NCBI RefSeq assembly: GCF_025526975.1
Contig: NW_026515691.1
Span: 248,001-312,000 of the forward strand
From: Fimicolochytrium jonesii
Lineage: Eukaryota
Length of the DNA: 64,000 nt
Reading direction: 5' to 3'
Shown here: positions 10,860-24,981 of the stretch, piece by piece
Layout of the letters: each line of letters opens with the position of its first letter
Numbering within the stretch: position 1 is the stretch's first letter
Translations under genes and position numbers: made by a program
Notes under the pieces: model-generated
Seen by the model: the letters and a program-made list of their open reading frames with translations, nothing else
Database searches by the model: none
What the model was told of the DNA's origin: nothing

Positions 10860-11990
10860 AGTACAGTACAAACGGCTGAAAGACCTCCGATAGAGGTGGA
10901 AGTGGTGATGTGTATGAGCGGGCGGCGTGTCGTGGAATTTCTTCTGGAAGGTCGTCATAGAAGAGTCCCGATTGTGGTCCTGTCCTGAATGGCTGAATGA
11001 ATCTTGGCCATCGAGTTTGTCGGAGTTTTCCGCTGACATGGAATTTGACAGCGAGTACAAGATAAGGGAGCGGTGAGTCACGAGCAAGAACCATCACACA
11101 TCATATCACAGTACTTTGAGCGCTTGAAACGTACGTGCATTGTGCACAGATAGATGGACGCTACGTGAACGGGATGGAATGGGGCAAATGCGTGAGAAGA
11201 AAGATCTGGGCTGAATGTCGCCGAAAGAGTTTCTATCCAACAGCTACATAAGGGCTTGCTCAATGAATGCCCTAGCTGTAGGTGCGCCAATAAATATCGA
11301 ATGAATTAAAGCGCACGAAACGGGTGAAGTAGCACAAGCCGGAAAGCATGGAAGGCAAAAAAAACGGTTAATGATCAATCTGCCTCGTCGTAGGCTCTTC
11401 TTGAACTGTCGCGCTCATCCCCCCATATTGTTCCTTCAGCTGAAAGTTTCGGAACATGATATGGCATCAGTGCTTGCTTGCCCGCACGGTCTTGGTTTGA
11501 GATGTTGAGGGGTTGTAGGAATCCGTCGATGGCGGTCTGCGGGAGGGGCCCACGACGAGCATTTCAACACTTCACGGATCTCAGCGGGGGGCAATTCATC
11601 GACATCCACGGGAAGTGTTCTGCACATTGCAAACCATGGCCGATCCCAGCAAGGAACCATCCCAAACGCCGGGCGAATCTGCCGTGCGTCGCTCGCATAT
11701 AGGATGCGGGTGGTTACAGTTCCCTGCACTTGTCCGGAGTGTATCGTGAGCGAACACGGGTTTGGAGACATTGTCTGGGACTTATAAGGCGGCTGCTGAG
11801 GGAAGTTGCGGCGCCCAAGTGTCGAAAGCCGTCAGACAGGAAGCCCACCGCGTCATGACCGCAGGCTTCTCCCTGATCTCAGCCGTGAGTGAGGCTTGCA
11901 AAAACACCTTCCAGATCTACAGACCATACCGAACCAGCTTCCCTAAATCTAACTCCCTCCCTTCATATATCACATATCATCCCGCGTCGA

Positions 11991-14890
11991 ATGGCCGCAA
12001 ACGCACCGTCCCCGACTTTCGGGAAAGGTAACCTCCGTTCTTTGATGCAGCTTGTCCAACACTCACTCCCACACTCACAAGTAATCCCGCCTTCCCCCGC
12101 CCCTGCAGTCGCCGACGACTCCGTCAAACATCTCCACCTCGTCGACGCCCTCCGCTCCCACGACGCCACCGCCATCGCCGACGCCGTCCGCAACCTCCCG
12201 CCCATCACCCCCACCTCGCCCACGCCCGCGTACGGCAGCCCGCTCCAACTCGCCATCTCTCTCTGCTCGACCACCGTCATCGAGCGGCTCGTCGCTTCCT
12301 TTCCCGATTTGATCCCGACCTGGATCAATTCACGAGCAATGCCCGGTGGGGAGACGCCGTTGCATGTCGCGGCGAGGCTGGGGAGGGCGGATGTGGTGGA
12401 GGTTTTGTTCAAGATGAGGGATGTGAACGATACGGTGCGGGATGCGCATGGCAGGACCGCGGATGAGGTGGCAAAGACAGAGAGGGTCGCGCAGTTGATT
12501 TTGGGTAGGTTTTCCTCGAGCGTAGCGATCTAGGGAAGCGAGGGGGCTGGTTGGGTGGCAATTGATGTTCGTGATCTCCGACGTGATGACACCATTATTC
12601 CTCCACTCTTCAATTGGCAGCCCACCGAACCCAATTCGCAAACTCAACGGTCTCCAAAGTCCGACATAACGTGCTCAAGTGGTCGACGAAAGCTGTCATG
12701 GAGACCTTCCAGAAGAGCCCGCGAGCCGAAGCCTACTTGTCCATGGGATGGATTGACATCAACGGGCCCATCGATAGCGACAAGGAACTGAGCTTGTTGC
12801 ATTTCGCTGCACAGGCGGATGACATTGAGCTTGTTGAGTGGGCTTTGAGACATGGAGCGGACCCAGGTGTCAAGGATCGGAAGGGAAAGAAACCCGTCGA
12901 CGTGAGTTGCTTAAAGTCTGATTTGGGCGCTGTTGTTGCACTGTGACTCAATCCGCAAAACCATCTGCCGTACAGTTGTGTCCGAAACACGGCAGCCGAA
13001 CAAAGGACCGTCTGAAGCGGGCAATAGCCCAGGCGCCCATCATGTCTGGAAGTCTCCCCCAGGCAACGTCCTCCACCGCCGGCGCACCGAACGCAGCGGC
13101 CGCACCGTCGCAGCGCGGCACTCTCTTCAAATGGACCAACTACGCGGTGGGCTACAAACCGCGCTACTTTGTTCTGGAGCACGGCATCTTCTCCTACTAC
13201 AAGACTGTCACCGAGTACCCTCTCGCATGCAGAGGCTCCATCTCCACTATGATCGCCTCGGTGTCCTTGCCGGATCCCACCGACAAGAGCCGGTTCGACG
13301 TCATTGGGAGGGGGGGAGTGCTGTACAGCCTCAAAGCGCGGAGTCCAGCCGACGCCAAGAAGTGGGTTTGGGCGCTGATGGAGAGCAAGAAATTCATGGT
13401 CGATCGCGCAAAGGAAGATGGAGCGTCCGCGCGAACCAGTCTGGAGGATCTGAGACGTAATGTCAACTGGTCCGATGCGAATAATGATGGTGATGATGAT
13501 GACGACAAGACGGGAGATGAGAAGGAAGGGAGGCTGTCGACTGGGTTCAGAGCGTACCCGCCCGCCATCGCCGTTTTGCCGGAGGGAGAAGGGGACGCTA
13601 GCGGGATCTTGGCTCATATGCAAACGTCCGGCGGAGACGACGTTTTGGAAAAATCGTTCGACCAAGGCAAGAATTTGCACACGGTCGCGGATTTGCTGCA
13701 GGTGCAGCTGGACGCTCAGCAGAAAGTCGTGCAGTCTCTTCTCACCGCCTTGGGAGACTCCAAGAAAGAATCCGCCCATCCAGCGCTGGGAAATCTCGAT
13801 GTGGAGGAGCTCTCTTCCCTTATTCAGAGCTCATCGAAACACATTAACGAGATTGTCACGTCACTTCTGCAGAGGACTGAGAGCCGGGAAAAGATGTGGA
13901 CTAGGCGATGGAAACGTGAGAGAGACGACCGAATCAGATGGCAGGACGTTGTGCAAAAGATTTTGGGTGATGAAGCTCTCGCCGCAGGCCATCAGCCCGC
14001 GTCCCTTGCTGTCCCATCGGGGCTCGGGTCAGACAACGCGTCCATGCTGAGTTCCGTCGCTGCAGACACGGACGAGGAGTATGAAGATCCCGCAGAAGAG
14101 CGTGACGTCTTCTTTGACGCCGAGGACGACATCTCCGGAATGACAAACTACGAATCCATGAGCCGCAGAGGTTCCAGACACCCCAACGCGGCAAACCTCG
14201 CCGCGAGCAGCAACGGGACCGCCGCCACGCTCTCACGCACCTCCCAGGCCCTCAGCACGGTCCTCCCGCACGCACCCACCACCGTGTCCAGCATCTCCAA
14301 ATCCCTCGAAAAGTCCAACTACGGCTACCCCGCCACTTACCGCACCCTACTCCCCCTGGACCCGTCCAAACCCAAACCCTCGCTAGCCATCTGGTCCTTC
14401 CTCCGCTCCGCCATCGGCAAAGACCTGACCAAAATCACCCTCCCGGTCTTCTTCAACGAGCCGCTGAGCATGCTGCAGCGCATGTGCGAGGACATTGAGT
14501 ACGTCGAGCTCCTCTCCCTCGCCAGCTGTGTCGGGCGCGGAACGCAGCCGGGCAGCGTGCCCGTGTCCGAAACGGCCCATAAGACAGCGGCGACCCTCGG
14601 TGTCGATGTGGCCGAGATGGCGGCCATGACGGGCGAGGACGCGAGTCTGAGACGTTTGATGTATGTCGCGGCGTATGCTATGAGCAATTACTCGAGTACG
14701 CTGGGAAGAGTGCAGAAACCGTTCAATCCGATGCTGGGTGAGACTTTTGAGTTGGTTAGGCAGGATAAGGGGAATCTGCGGTACTTGTCTGAGCAGGTTT
14801 GCCATCACCCGGTACGTGTGCCTTTCGATTCTGGGTATTCGTTTCCCCGTTTTTCGTCACCGCAATCGCACAGTCACGGACCTCACACCT

Positions 14891-14926
<36 letters not shown>

Positions 14927-15975
14927 ACAGCCAATCAGCGCCTGCCACTGCGAGTCCCCCGAATACACCTTCTGGACCGAAGTCAACGTCAAGTCCAAGT
15001 TCTACGGAAAGTCGCTTACCGTGCAGCCCATGGGCATCTGTCACGTCCGACTGCCGGTCTACACGCCCGGCTCGGCGGATGTGCAGGAGACGGAGCATTA
15101 TACATGGAAGAAGGTGACGACGAATGTGAATAATGTGATTGTGGGGAAGCTATGGATGGATCATGTTGTAAGTTTTTGTGGGAAATTTGGATCAAGATAT
15201 CTTTGGGGTTGGCGTGGTTAAATCTCATTTTCCTGATTTTTAGGGTGATATGGTGATCAAGAACTGGCGCACCGGCGAAGAATGCACGGTCACCTTCGTC
15301 TCCAAAGCGGGCGGCGGCTGGTTCGGCAGCGGCAAAAAGGCGACTGACAACGAGAGCGCCGGCGGCGAGATCACCGGGTTCGCCAAAGACCGCAACGGCA
15401 CCATCAAATGGTCCCTCTCTGGCCGCTGGGACACCGAACTCCACGCCACACCCACCACCGGTGGCGGCGCACCGCTCCCCCTCTGGAAAGCCGCCCCGCT
15501 CCCCGCCACCGCCGCCGCCAACTTCCACTTTACAACCTTCGCCACCACCCTCAACGAACTCACCCCGACCCTCGCGCGCATCCTCCCCCCAACCGACTCC
15601 CGCCTCCGCCCCGACCAACAGGCCATGGAACGCGGCGACTGGGACGTGGCCAACAAACTCAAAGAAGACATCGAGCTCCTCCAACGCGACCGGCGTCGGG
15701 ACCTCGTCGAGACTTTCGAACGCACGGGCAAACCCTCGGGCCCGGACGCGCGCGGGATCGACGTGGGAGAGAAGTGGTGGGTGCCGCGCTGGTTCGTCAG
15801 GGAGCTGGACCCGGATTCCGGCGAGGAGCATTGGAAGTTCGATGGCGGGTATTGGCGGGAGAGGGAACGCGTTGTGGAGGGCGACAACAACGCGGAGAAG
15901 AGGAAGATGGACACCGCCGCCGCCGCGTGGCCCGCGTATGTGCTGGACATTTTCGGGATTGGGGAGAAGAGGTGA
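11991..15975 (+). CDS. Oxysterol-binding protein of the Osh1/Osh2 type (ankyrin repeats, PH, FFAT, ORD), 5 exons
   Basis: Ankyrin GETPLHVAA and SLLHFAA; PH GTLFKWTNYAVGYKPRYFVL; FFAT VFFDAED; ORD IGKDLTKITLPVFFNEPLSMLQR, KPFNPMLGETFE, EQVCHHP|PISA and LPPTDSRLRPD. Confidence 0.96.
14892..14926. repeat. Poly-C homopolymer (35 nt) directly before an OSH intron acceptor
   Basis: C35 is followed by acag|CCAATC, which restores HHP|PISA. Confidence 0.95.
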
Positions 15976-16562
15976 TTTGGGAAACGTTGGAAGACCTTTC
16001 CCGTCTGTTTTTTTTCCTTGTCTTCTCCCATGCCCGAACACGACCCCGTTTTTACATCCATTTCGGTTAGATCCATCTGTACATAGGGACGTCGAGAATG
16101 TAATCTAGGCTCCCCCCATCCCCGTGTAGATACGGTACTATTTCATGCCCATTCAATGAGAACTATCATTTGAAACACCACAGTCAAGTGACAAACACAG
16201 CGTTGGAAGGCGACGGACGGTCTGATCTCGGTTTGTGAGATAGAACCAAGGGTTTTTGCCGCAGATCTGTTCGTATTGAGTAAGCGATTCAACATACAAG
16301 CACAGAAAGGAAGAATATACATTGGGAGGGTAAAAGAAACGACGCCGTGAGAAGCGTACAGAAAAGGGTAATGTACACGTAATTGAAAAAAAGGGGGGGG
16401 AAACAAAAAAAAACGAAGGTCTTTGTACATACGCCGAGGTGAGGATAGAAACGAAAAAACAGAGACAAGAAGGGTGTCTGAAGCTCGGAAACAAGAAGGG
16501 GAGATACTGTACAAGCGACGTAGGAAAACTATCCCCCAGAAGAAAAAAAAAAAATTCCTTCT

Positions 16563-19500
16563 TCAAGCCCCCTTAAACAAGTCGACAATGCCCTTCCGTT
16601 TCCTCGCGCCCGCTTTCGCAAACTTCGCCACACTCCCCGCCGCCTGGAACCCCAGCATCCTAAACGTGCCCTTCCCCAGCGTTCCGTTCGTGAACTGACT
16701 CACGCTGCTGAGTGTTCCGTTCATCGTCCCCGTCGCGGTGGTGGTGGTGTTCCCTTTCCCGCCCGGAGCAGCAGGAGCGCCGTGGACGCTGGTGAAGGTG
16801 CCGGTCCCGATGTAGTCGTGCGGAGGTGTGTCGGCGGCGGGGGGGAGGTCGAGGAAGCCGAAATCGCGGGAATCGTCGAGCCGGGTGGGAAGGCCGCCGT
16901 CGCGCTCCTCGTCGGCATCGTCGTGGTGGTGGTGGTCGCCACCATCATCATCATCGGAGTGGTGGTTATGCGGGGTAAAGTGATAATCGTACACATCATA
17001 CGTAGGCGGCGACGCGCGTTCAGTGGCGCGTTTGGTCTTGCGCGCGTACCCTTCGTAGCTGTCGCGTGCGCTCTGGGTGGTGGCGCGATTGGACGTGGGA
17101 GGGTGCTGTGGTTGGGGGGGGAGGGGCGCTTGTTGCTTTGGGAAGGTGCCGAGGGAGACGGAGGAGACGGGGCGTGGGCCGCGCGTCCAGGTTCCGGTGG
17201 CGCCGCCGCGGGGGGGTGCGCGGAGCGGGTCGATGCTGGAGCGACGGTAGCCGTTCGGAGGGGGTGCGGTGAGGGCGTATGGGTGTTGTTGGTGCGGATC
17301 CTGTGGGCGTTGATGTTGTTGCTGCTGCTGTTGGTACTGTAACAGCGCGCTGTTTAGATCAGGCTCGGAGCGGTATTGGGAAACTCGGTCCAGCTCAGGG
17401 ATGCCGAGCAGTTGAGCAGGCGTCACGGCTTGGAAGTAATCGGTTGCGTTGGCTGTCGGAGGTGAGATGGGCAGATTACCCAGCGAGTGGTTCGTAGGCG
17501 TGATGGGTGTCGGATTGGGCGTCATTGTGGGCGCCTCGGATGATGACCCATTGGGGTTGGCATTGATCGTCAGGGGATGAATTCCGTTGACCTGCGGCAG
17601 AGGAGCCGGGGCGCGGCCGGTCTGTTCAGCGCTGACATCATTACTGTCTTCCTCGCTGCTCAGCGCGCCACTGCTGTCCTCCCCAAGTGATGGGGAGGCG
17701 TTGATGATATCCGGAAACTCTGCAAACGATATCTGTTTGTTGAGCAGACGAGCTGGTCGCTGTTCCGTGCCGTTCTTCGTGGTTGTCATTGCGCCCGTGA
17801 CACTTGGAACAGGCGCTTTGCTGCTGCCGACGCCATTGAGATCTCGACGTTCGCCGGTATGCACGTTCTCTCGGTTCGAAGGGCTGTCAGAGGTCTCCTT
17901 GCCGCGCTCCTCCGTCGCTCCATCGCGAGCAGGACCCTCACCCACCGCGTTGCAACCAACACGACTCTGTTGCTGAATCCTCTCTACCGCTGCGACACTT
18001 TCGAGCTTGCGCCGCACCTGCTCCAAAAGATTCGGAGTGGAGGGCCGGTGGGACAGTCCGCCGAGAGCCTCCTGCTTTCGGCCTTCCACCTGGTAGACCG
18101 CCTGGGGCGGATGGACAGAGTGTTCTTGTTTCGTTACCGTGTCCCGCTGCGGTTGGAACTCCAACGGAGGGATGGTAGGAACGACCTGAGAAACGACGAT
18201 AGGCGCATCCGGCTGCGGCACCACCACACCTTTACTGCACGACCGTTCAGGCTGTTTCGGTTTCTCGTCCATCAACGCACGGACCTGATTCTTCATCTCA
18301 CGCAGAGCGAGAAGGGGTCCAATGTCCGAAAAGGAGGGGCCTTCCTCCAGGATAGACAATCCCCGCTTCAGTTTCACATCTTTGGTCTCGTATAGTGCTC
18401 TGTCTTCCGCATCTGGAGAATCCGGGCGGTCTTCCTCGTCGTCCTCGTGCATGTGGGTCATTGAAAAGTCCCGGTCGAAGAAACGGTCCGCTGGTGGCGA
18501 TCTGGTCTCGATGGCAAGAGGATTTTCTTCGTATCGGCTCATTGGAGGAGAATGACGAGCTTGGGACTGCGGCTTGTCGTTGTGGGAAGGCGCCGACAAA
18601 CTTGCGATAGGCGCCGGCTCAGGCTTCTCCTCCACCGCAGCTGGTTCATCCGCTTCCGGAAACTCTTCAGGAGCCATCTCGTACATACTGACGTCCTCAT
18701 GATTGTACGGGGAATCATCACTAACGTCATCATTCACGTCCGGGAACTCATCAAGCTTCCTTTCCAGCTGGTTCGGGTTGGGGATGTCATTCTGCGTCGG
18801 AGAGACAGCCACAGGGGCCGATACAACCGGGGCAGCCCCGTTAGGCGAAAGTCGGTATGCCGTCGGAATCCGCTCCAAGGATCTGTGCCGGATGTTGGCC
18901 AGGACCGTGGAGATAGGCGTATCGCCATGAAGAAGCTGTTCCGAGTGAATCCCTTGCCGAGGGAAGGTCTGGATGTGATGCCCTCGCACTGGAGATGCGG
19001 ATGCCGAAGGGGTTTTGGATGGGGCGAACAGTCGAGGGGTAGTAGCGTAGCCCCGGACAGGGGATGTTGAAGACGAGTTCAGGTCGGCCGACGTGACCGC
19101 GCGCGTGAAGCTTCGCGCAGGCGAAGCAGACGCGGTGGAAATGTTGCCCGAGGTTTGCGCACGCTGGACGATAGGCATGCCCCGGATCGTCGACGTATCC
19201 GAATCTCGAGGCGACAACGGGGCCGAACGTGTCGGGGAGATTGGCTTGCCATCGATCATCAGAGCCGGACGATATGGATAACCTTGCGAGGATCTCGAGA
19301 TCAAACTGCGCATCAGCGCATCGGCGATGATGTCTCGAGGCAAAGCCACGTCTTCGTGGGCTTCCGCCAACTGAGGGATATCAAATTGCGTGAACGTTAC
19401 GCTGACGGAAAATAGCCGTTTCACCTCCTCAGGCGTCAGCTCGAGATGTTTCTTAGTGATAACCCGACGAAGAAAGCGATACTTTGTGTATTCCCAGTGA

Positions 19501-20180
19501 CTAGCCATCCCAGCGTTCATATCATGCACGGAAGACGCGCAAAGGCTACAAGCCCTGTCAACAACCCCACGAAGGATATCATCCGGGGATCGTGACTTCA
19601 GCGCGCCGGCCAGAACTTTGCACCACTCCTCCTCCGACATCTGGTCCCCAACAGTGCCATCAAGCAAGTGGCGCGACACCCACAGGTCGACATGGTAGAT
19701 CAGGCCGCCAATAGCAAACTGCTGAGCAGCCATGCGAACCTTCCAGCAGTTCGTGGCTGTGAGAGATACTTTCGAGATTGACGAGAAGTAGCACCATTCC
19801 AGGACGAGACGTAGGGAAAAATCGTCGGGAAGCGCGACTGTCCATATGCCGAGAGTTTTGGATGGTTTCTTTGCTTGCGTTGTGTCTTTGATTTGCTTGT
19901 CCTCTCCAATCTCTCCCTTTTCATACGATTCTGGAGCATGCTCAAAGAGGTCTTCGAACACAGGACTTTTGGAGGCGAGGATGACACGATGGACGGGGCA
20001 GGGAGCTGCTGAATGAAAATATGTTAGCCATCCCGCGACGGCTTGGGAAAACGATTCATTTCATAGTTACATACTTTGAAAAGATGAGCTCTTCAGCCTG
20101 ACGAGAGCATCCGCGAAGCGACCCGTCATAAAGAAGGGAGCGAGCGGGTGGAGCTCGCCGTCGCCATCTTCGCCCGTCAT
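16563..20180 (-). CDS. BTB/POZ-like domain protein with a long disordered C-terminus (~1200 aa); start codon uncertain
   Basis: N-terminal GRFADALVRL...PVHRVILASKSPVFEDLF...LVLEWCY resembles BTB. One intron at ~20070-20008, then a 1132-codon ORF. Confidence 0.75.
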
Positions 20181-20811
20181 TCTGCCGAGGCCCGGCAACG
20201 GCTGAGTCCTGTTGAGAGAAAGTGGGCACCAGCTTTTTCGCACTTGTTTCAGGTGAGCAGCCGACGGTTTCGGCTGGGTCCTAGAAACTAAACTTTCCAA
20301 GTCGGAATTCCCACGACTATTTGCCAATGCTCACAACGCTGATTTGTTTTCTTGAAGAATGAACTGCGATGATGGCCGATGCCGGTGGAAGTTCAACGTC
20401 AGGTTGATATGCTAGACAGCTACCCCGCCTCCATATACCGCCCAGAGCGGATAGCGCCATATACTGTACTGGTCTGCCTCAGATAGACCGCCGACGCATA
20501 TTTCGTTCAGGGGTTCCCGCATCATAGGAGCCAGGGGGAAGGCCCTCGAACGCGTTCTCCTGGGAGCCTGCGCATTTGTGCTGTCATCACAGAGACTCGC
20601 GCTGCGCTGGACAGACACAAATGCGGGCCATACACCCAACAGCGCTCAAGAGTCAAAGGGTCGGTGTGGATGGGGGCTTGGCAAAAGTTATGTACATTAC
20701 TACGATATGATAAGATCTATGGTACACCGTCACGGTCTGGCATCCTGATGCGAACTATATAACCTTCCCCCCTCTTACCTCCATTCCGAGACCCACCCAA
20801 AATCCCAACCC

Positions 20812-23673
20812 TCACCCCCCAATCTCCTCCAAATTCGCCCTCCTCAACGGCGTATCCGCAAACAACGCCCTCACAAGCCCCACAATCTCCCTCCTCTCCA
20901 AACTCGTCAACTCGCCATTCCTAAACCATCCCATAATATCCGCAAAACTCGCGTCCAGGATCCGCGTGACGTTGTAGAACCGGTCGTAGTCCTCTACCAC
21001 GTCTTGTGGTTTGAATGGGGATGTGAGCGGTTGGATGCCGTTGGCGAGGCTGGTGAGCAGACCGTGCAGGGTCCGGGACTCTTGTTCGCCAATGTCGACC
21101 AGATAGAGGACTTCGAGGGAGACGAGCTTTGTGCAGTGGGAGATTAGGGTGGAGATGGTGTTGATGTACATTGCGGGGGGGAGGACGGGCTGTGGCATGG
21201 ACAATGAGATAGATGATGAGATGGGCATGTCCAGCAACGCGCAGGAGTCCTCACTGCGAAGAGGTTGAAGGGCCTCACCTTCCAGACGTTACTCAGGAGC
21301 GTGAGATGATGCACGAGCTGCTTGATGACCCGCTCAACGATATCTCGTCGGTGATCATTCAAGACGTCAAACCTCTCGGCGCTCTCAATGATATCGTTCA
21401 GGTTAGTCTTTTGCCGAACCTAGGGAGATGAGAGGGGTGAGCAACGGGGGGGACAAACGCGAGAGCGATGGATATGACAACCGCGCTCCTCACCATCTCG
21501 TCCTGCACCGCCCGCTCCCCCAACATCTTGAACATGCCCACAAGATCCACAAAGCTGATACTCGGCACCTCCCCCCCAGAAGCCGTCCCATCAACACCCC
21601 GATCCCGCCACGTCATAACCAACAGCTCATGCGCAAAGTACATGCAGTCATTTTGCAACACCATCGGCATCTGCGGGATCGTCGCAAGCCGCTGGGCAGA
21701 GTACGCAGGCACGCTGGCGCGGTAAAAATCGAGGATCGCTCGCGCGCTGCGCTGCAGGCGGCTTTTACTTGGTGGACTCAGCTTTTGAGCTTCTGCGACG
21801 GCTTCTTTGGCGAGATCCATCACTTTTTTGGCTGTGTTTGTTATCACGCATGGTGGTAAGATGAAGAGGCCCTTTTGGAGTGCCGGGTCGACTTCGGTAG
21901 AGGTAACCGGCTTCGTTGGCAGGTCGATAAGGTTGGAGAGGAGGAGTTTCCCGGGTGGCTTGAGAACTACGGTGGTATAATCTTTTGCTGTTATGAGCAC
22001 ACGAGCGTGGTTCATTAGCCCGAAATGCCGTTTCGTGACGTAGTGACTCTCGAGATCCTTGCAGAACGCCACGAGGGATTCACCGCCATGCGGGACAAGA
22101 CCTAGTGTTCTAGATTAGCAGGAGATTCTCCAGAGGAACAACGAATATGACCACAGATGTATCTTACCTATCCGTTTCATTTCCGCCTCGAACTTCATGC
22201 AATCTTCGGCCAAAGGCTCAAACGCATTGAGAGACTCCACAGTATCCGGTACCATGGGTTGCAGGTAGTTTCCTATAATGTATGCAGATATCTGCGGCCA
22301 GAACGTCGTTCCCATCACCCTGAACAGCGCTTCCGCGTGATTCGTATGATCTCCAAAATCTAGAGATGTTTGCAGGTATCGAAAGAGCTTCTCCAGTTCC
22401 CGAAACAAGGCACCCTGGGGCAGGCTCGGCCATGCGGTGTATGGCCCTTCGACGTATACGACATGCAACGGCCCGCGAGGGTGGGCGTCGGCGTCGATCT
22501 TCCATCTCGAGTCCTTCAGTAATGGGTCAATCACGCGTTTGTACAGCATCCGTGCGAACGGCTGGAGGTATGCTTTCTCCGCGTGCTGCTGGTCGATGGC
22601 AGACAATGCAGTCGATAGTTTGACCGGCTCAGGACCGAGACCAGGAGCTGCGGGTAATCGCAAATGAATCCATACTCTTGCCCACCGGCATCTCTCCCAA
22701 ACCCTTGCTTACCGCTCACCGACTCATTCACACGTATTGTTGTCCTTCCTTGCTCCAACTCGATTGAAAGCGCCTGCGATACAATGTACTCCAGTCGGCT
22801 CCGGATGTCTTCAGCAATCGACTCGTTCCGCTGGGTCAAGATATCCAATATGGCGACGCTGTCCCACGTTGGTAATGACTTTACAACCTCGTTCTGCGAC
22901 GGCGAACTGCGTGAGTCGGGATGCGGTAGGTGTCTCGCTGTTTGAGACACATCCATACCATTTTGGTGGCAGACGCAAAGGCATTCGTATACTGTGATCG
23001 AGCTATCTGGTCATCGTATACTCCAAAGAGCGTATTGGACTGGGTACGGAAATGGACATGAGACATCTGCTGCCCAGTCGTCTTATGCTGAACACTCATA
23101 TCAACCATCGGCTCACCTCGGAAATCTTCCGGCTGACATCAATGGCAAGGTCAACCACCGCCAAATCCGTCGTGATGCCATCCTGCTCCTTCAAAACCCT
23201 TTGTACTTGGGCGTACAATCCTTCCTGCCGCGCACATTCATCAATCATGAGAGCCTTCCCAACGTGGATGAACGGGCACCCCACGGGACGGTACCTCTGC
23301 ATCCTCCACTTCACGATTCAACCGTTCCAGCTCTTCCGACAACTCCCGCGTCTCGCTGATAATCGCGGTAGCCTGCTCCGCTTGTGTTTTGAAGTGCTCG
23401 AAATGCGCTGTGACATGCGCCTCCATTTGATACTACATGCGGGACGCTTTTGGTCAGTTAACATTCGTTTCCAGCTGTCTACGCTGAAGATTGCGCACCA
23501 CCCACCTTCACGTCGGCGATCCCTCTTTCCAGTGTGGCCGAGACATGCTGCAAGGAGCTCCGCGAGACGGGAGCGGTGTGATCATCGGAGGCGTCGTTGG
23601 TGACCTTTTTACGGATTTCGGCGGTGCTGAGGGCGTGGAGGACGTTGGAGGCGAACTCTGCGGCTATTGACAT
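20812..23673 (-). CDS. ZW10: ZW10/Dsl1-family kinetochore and ER-tether protein, multi-exon
   Basis: IPQMPMVLQNDCMYFAH, SFVDL, ILDASFADIMGWFRNG and terminal LVRALFADTPLRRANLEEI match ZW10 C-terminal patterns. Confidence 0.88.
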
Positions 23674-23963
23674 TCTGAAGCTATGTGGAGGAGAGAGTCT
23701 TTGTCTGTCTGTGCCGGTTAGCGTTGAGCGGAACTGAGAGGAGACATCGCCGCGCCACAAGTTCACAACAGCCGCAAGCTCAGTTGTCCCCTTTTTAACT
23801 CCCGGTAAACCTTCCGACTCAACCAACTGCCCGCATTCCTTCCCACAACCCACAACCCCTCGTCGCACAAAAAGTCATCGTCCAGCACCTTAGCATTTCG
23901 ACTCCCGACTCCACAGTGTCAACACCCGTCATACCACTCCCCATCTTACACAGAAACCCAACC

Positions 23964-24433
23964 ATGTCATCAACAGAGAACGTCTCGACATCTCAGCCGT
24001 CTTCGGCCAACTCCTCCGCTCCCGGCACACCACGCACGAAATCGAACGCCGCACGGTGCTCGAAGGTAGGGTGCACGGACAGGGCTGTCAAGATTATTGG
24101 GGACTGCAAATACTGGTACGTTGCTATTTTGTTCTTGTTTTGCAGGAATTTAGTGTTTATTGTTGGGCCCTACGTTTGAGTGTCGAGAGGTGGACGGAGG
24201 ACCAGACGCCACCATCACTGGAGGGAGGAAGGAGTACATGCTGTGAAGATGCCAGTCACACGTTTTGGCTCTTTCTAACACGTTCTGCCCCGCACAGCAT
24301 GCAAAAATACTGCGGCAAGCACCGTCTTCCCGAAGCACACCTCTGCGACAACATCCAGAAATGCAGAGACGCCAGCGCAGAACGCAACAAGAACCGCTTG
24401 CTGGGGGAAAGATGTATTGCGGAGAAAGTATAG
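23964..24433 (+). CDS. Small AN1-type zinc finger protein, 2 exons
   Basis: CSKVGC...GDCKYC|MQKYCGKHRLPEAHLC; intron at 24116-24297. Confidence 0.9.
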
Positions 24434-24981
24434 ACGTTCCCAGAATGCACAGTTTTGGGAACGATTTTTTGAATGGGCAGTTGTGATTTGGGTAGAACCG
24501 TTGTCCCTTTTCCTCAGTTGTACTTTAGTTGCACTAGGAGATGATGGTAGTCCGTTTTGGTGATACATGATTCAATCAGTATTTGGGCGCTCGTTATGGT
24601 ATCTGTTCAGTGCGATGTTTGAGATTAAGGATGGGGCGGGAGGGTGCGGGTATCTTGGAGCGGACATCGTTGAGCTAGCGCGGGGATTTTGAGACGTCCG
24701 ATCGCATTCAACTCAGTTTCATGAGCTTTCCGTCCATTGAGATAAACGTTGGCAGCATCAAGCAAACTGCTTCTGTCTCGGAGCAGTCGATGCCTTCCCA
24801 AGGGGGGCTCCCATTGGGGGCTCGCTTAGGCCGCGTCCAAACAGAATTTGCTCACGTTGGAAACGCGCTGTCAAATTTTGGAGGGAAAGCGCCGGCTGAC
24901 AGGTTCCTCAGAACGGACCACAACACCGACGTTTCACATCCAGTCAGGCAGCTTCCTTTGCATATCCACATTCTCTCGATA

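Noticed and set aside
14738..15221. Poly-Pro and poly-Gly ORFs
   Set aside because: They are translations of the intronic C35 run.
12733..16108. Long antisense and alternative-frame ORFs over the OSH gene (similar ones overlie Rab, fimbrin and the 55-59 kb gene)
   Set aside because: These are shadow ORFs from GC-rich codon bias, with no motifs of their own.
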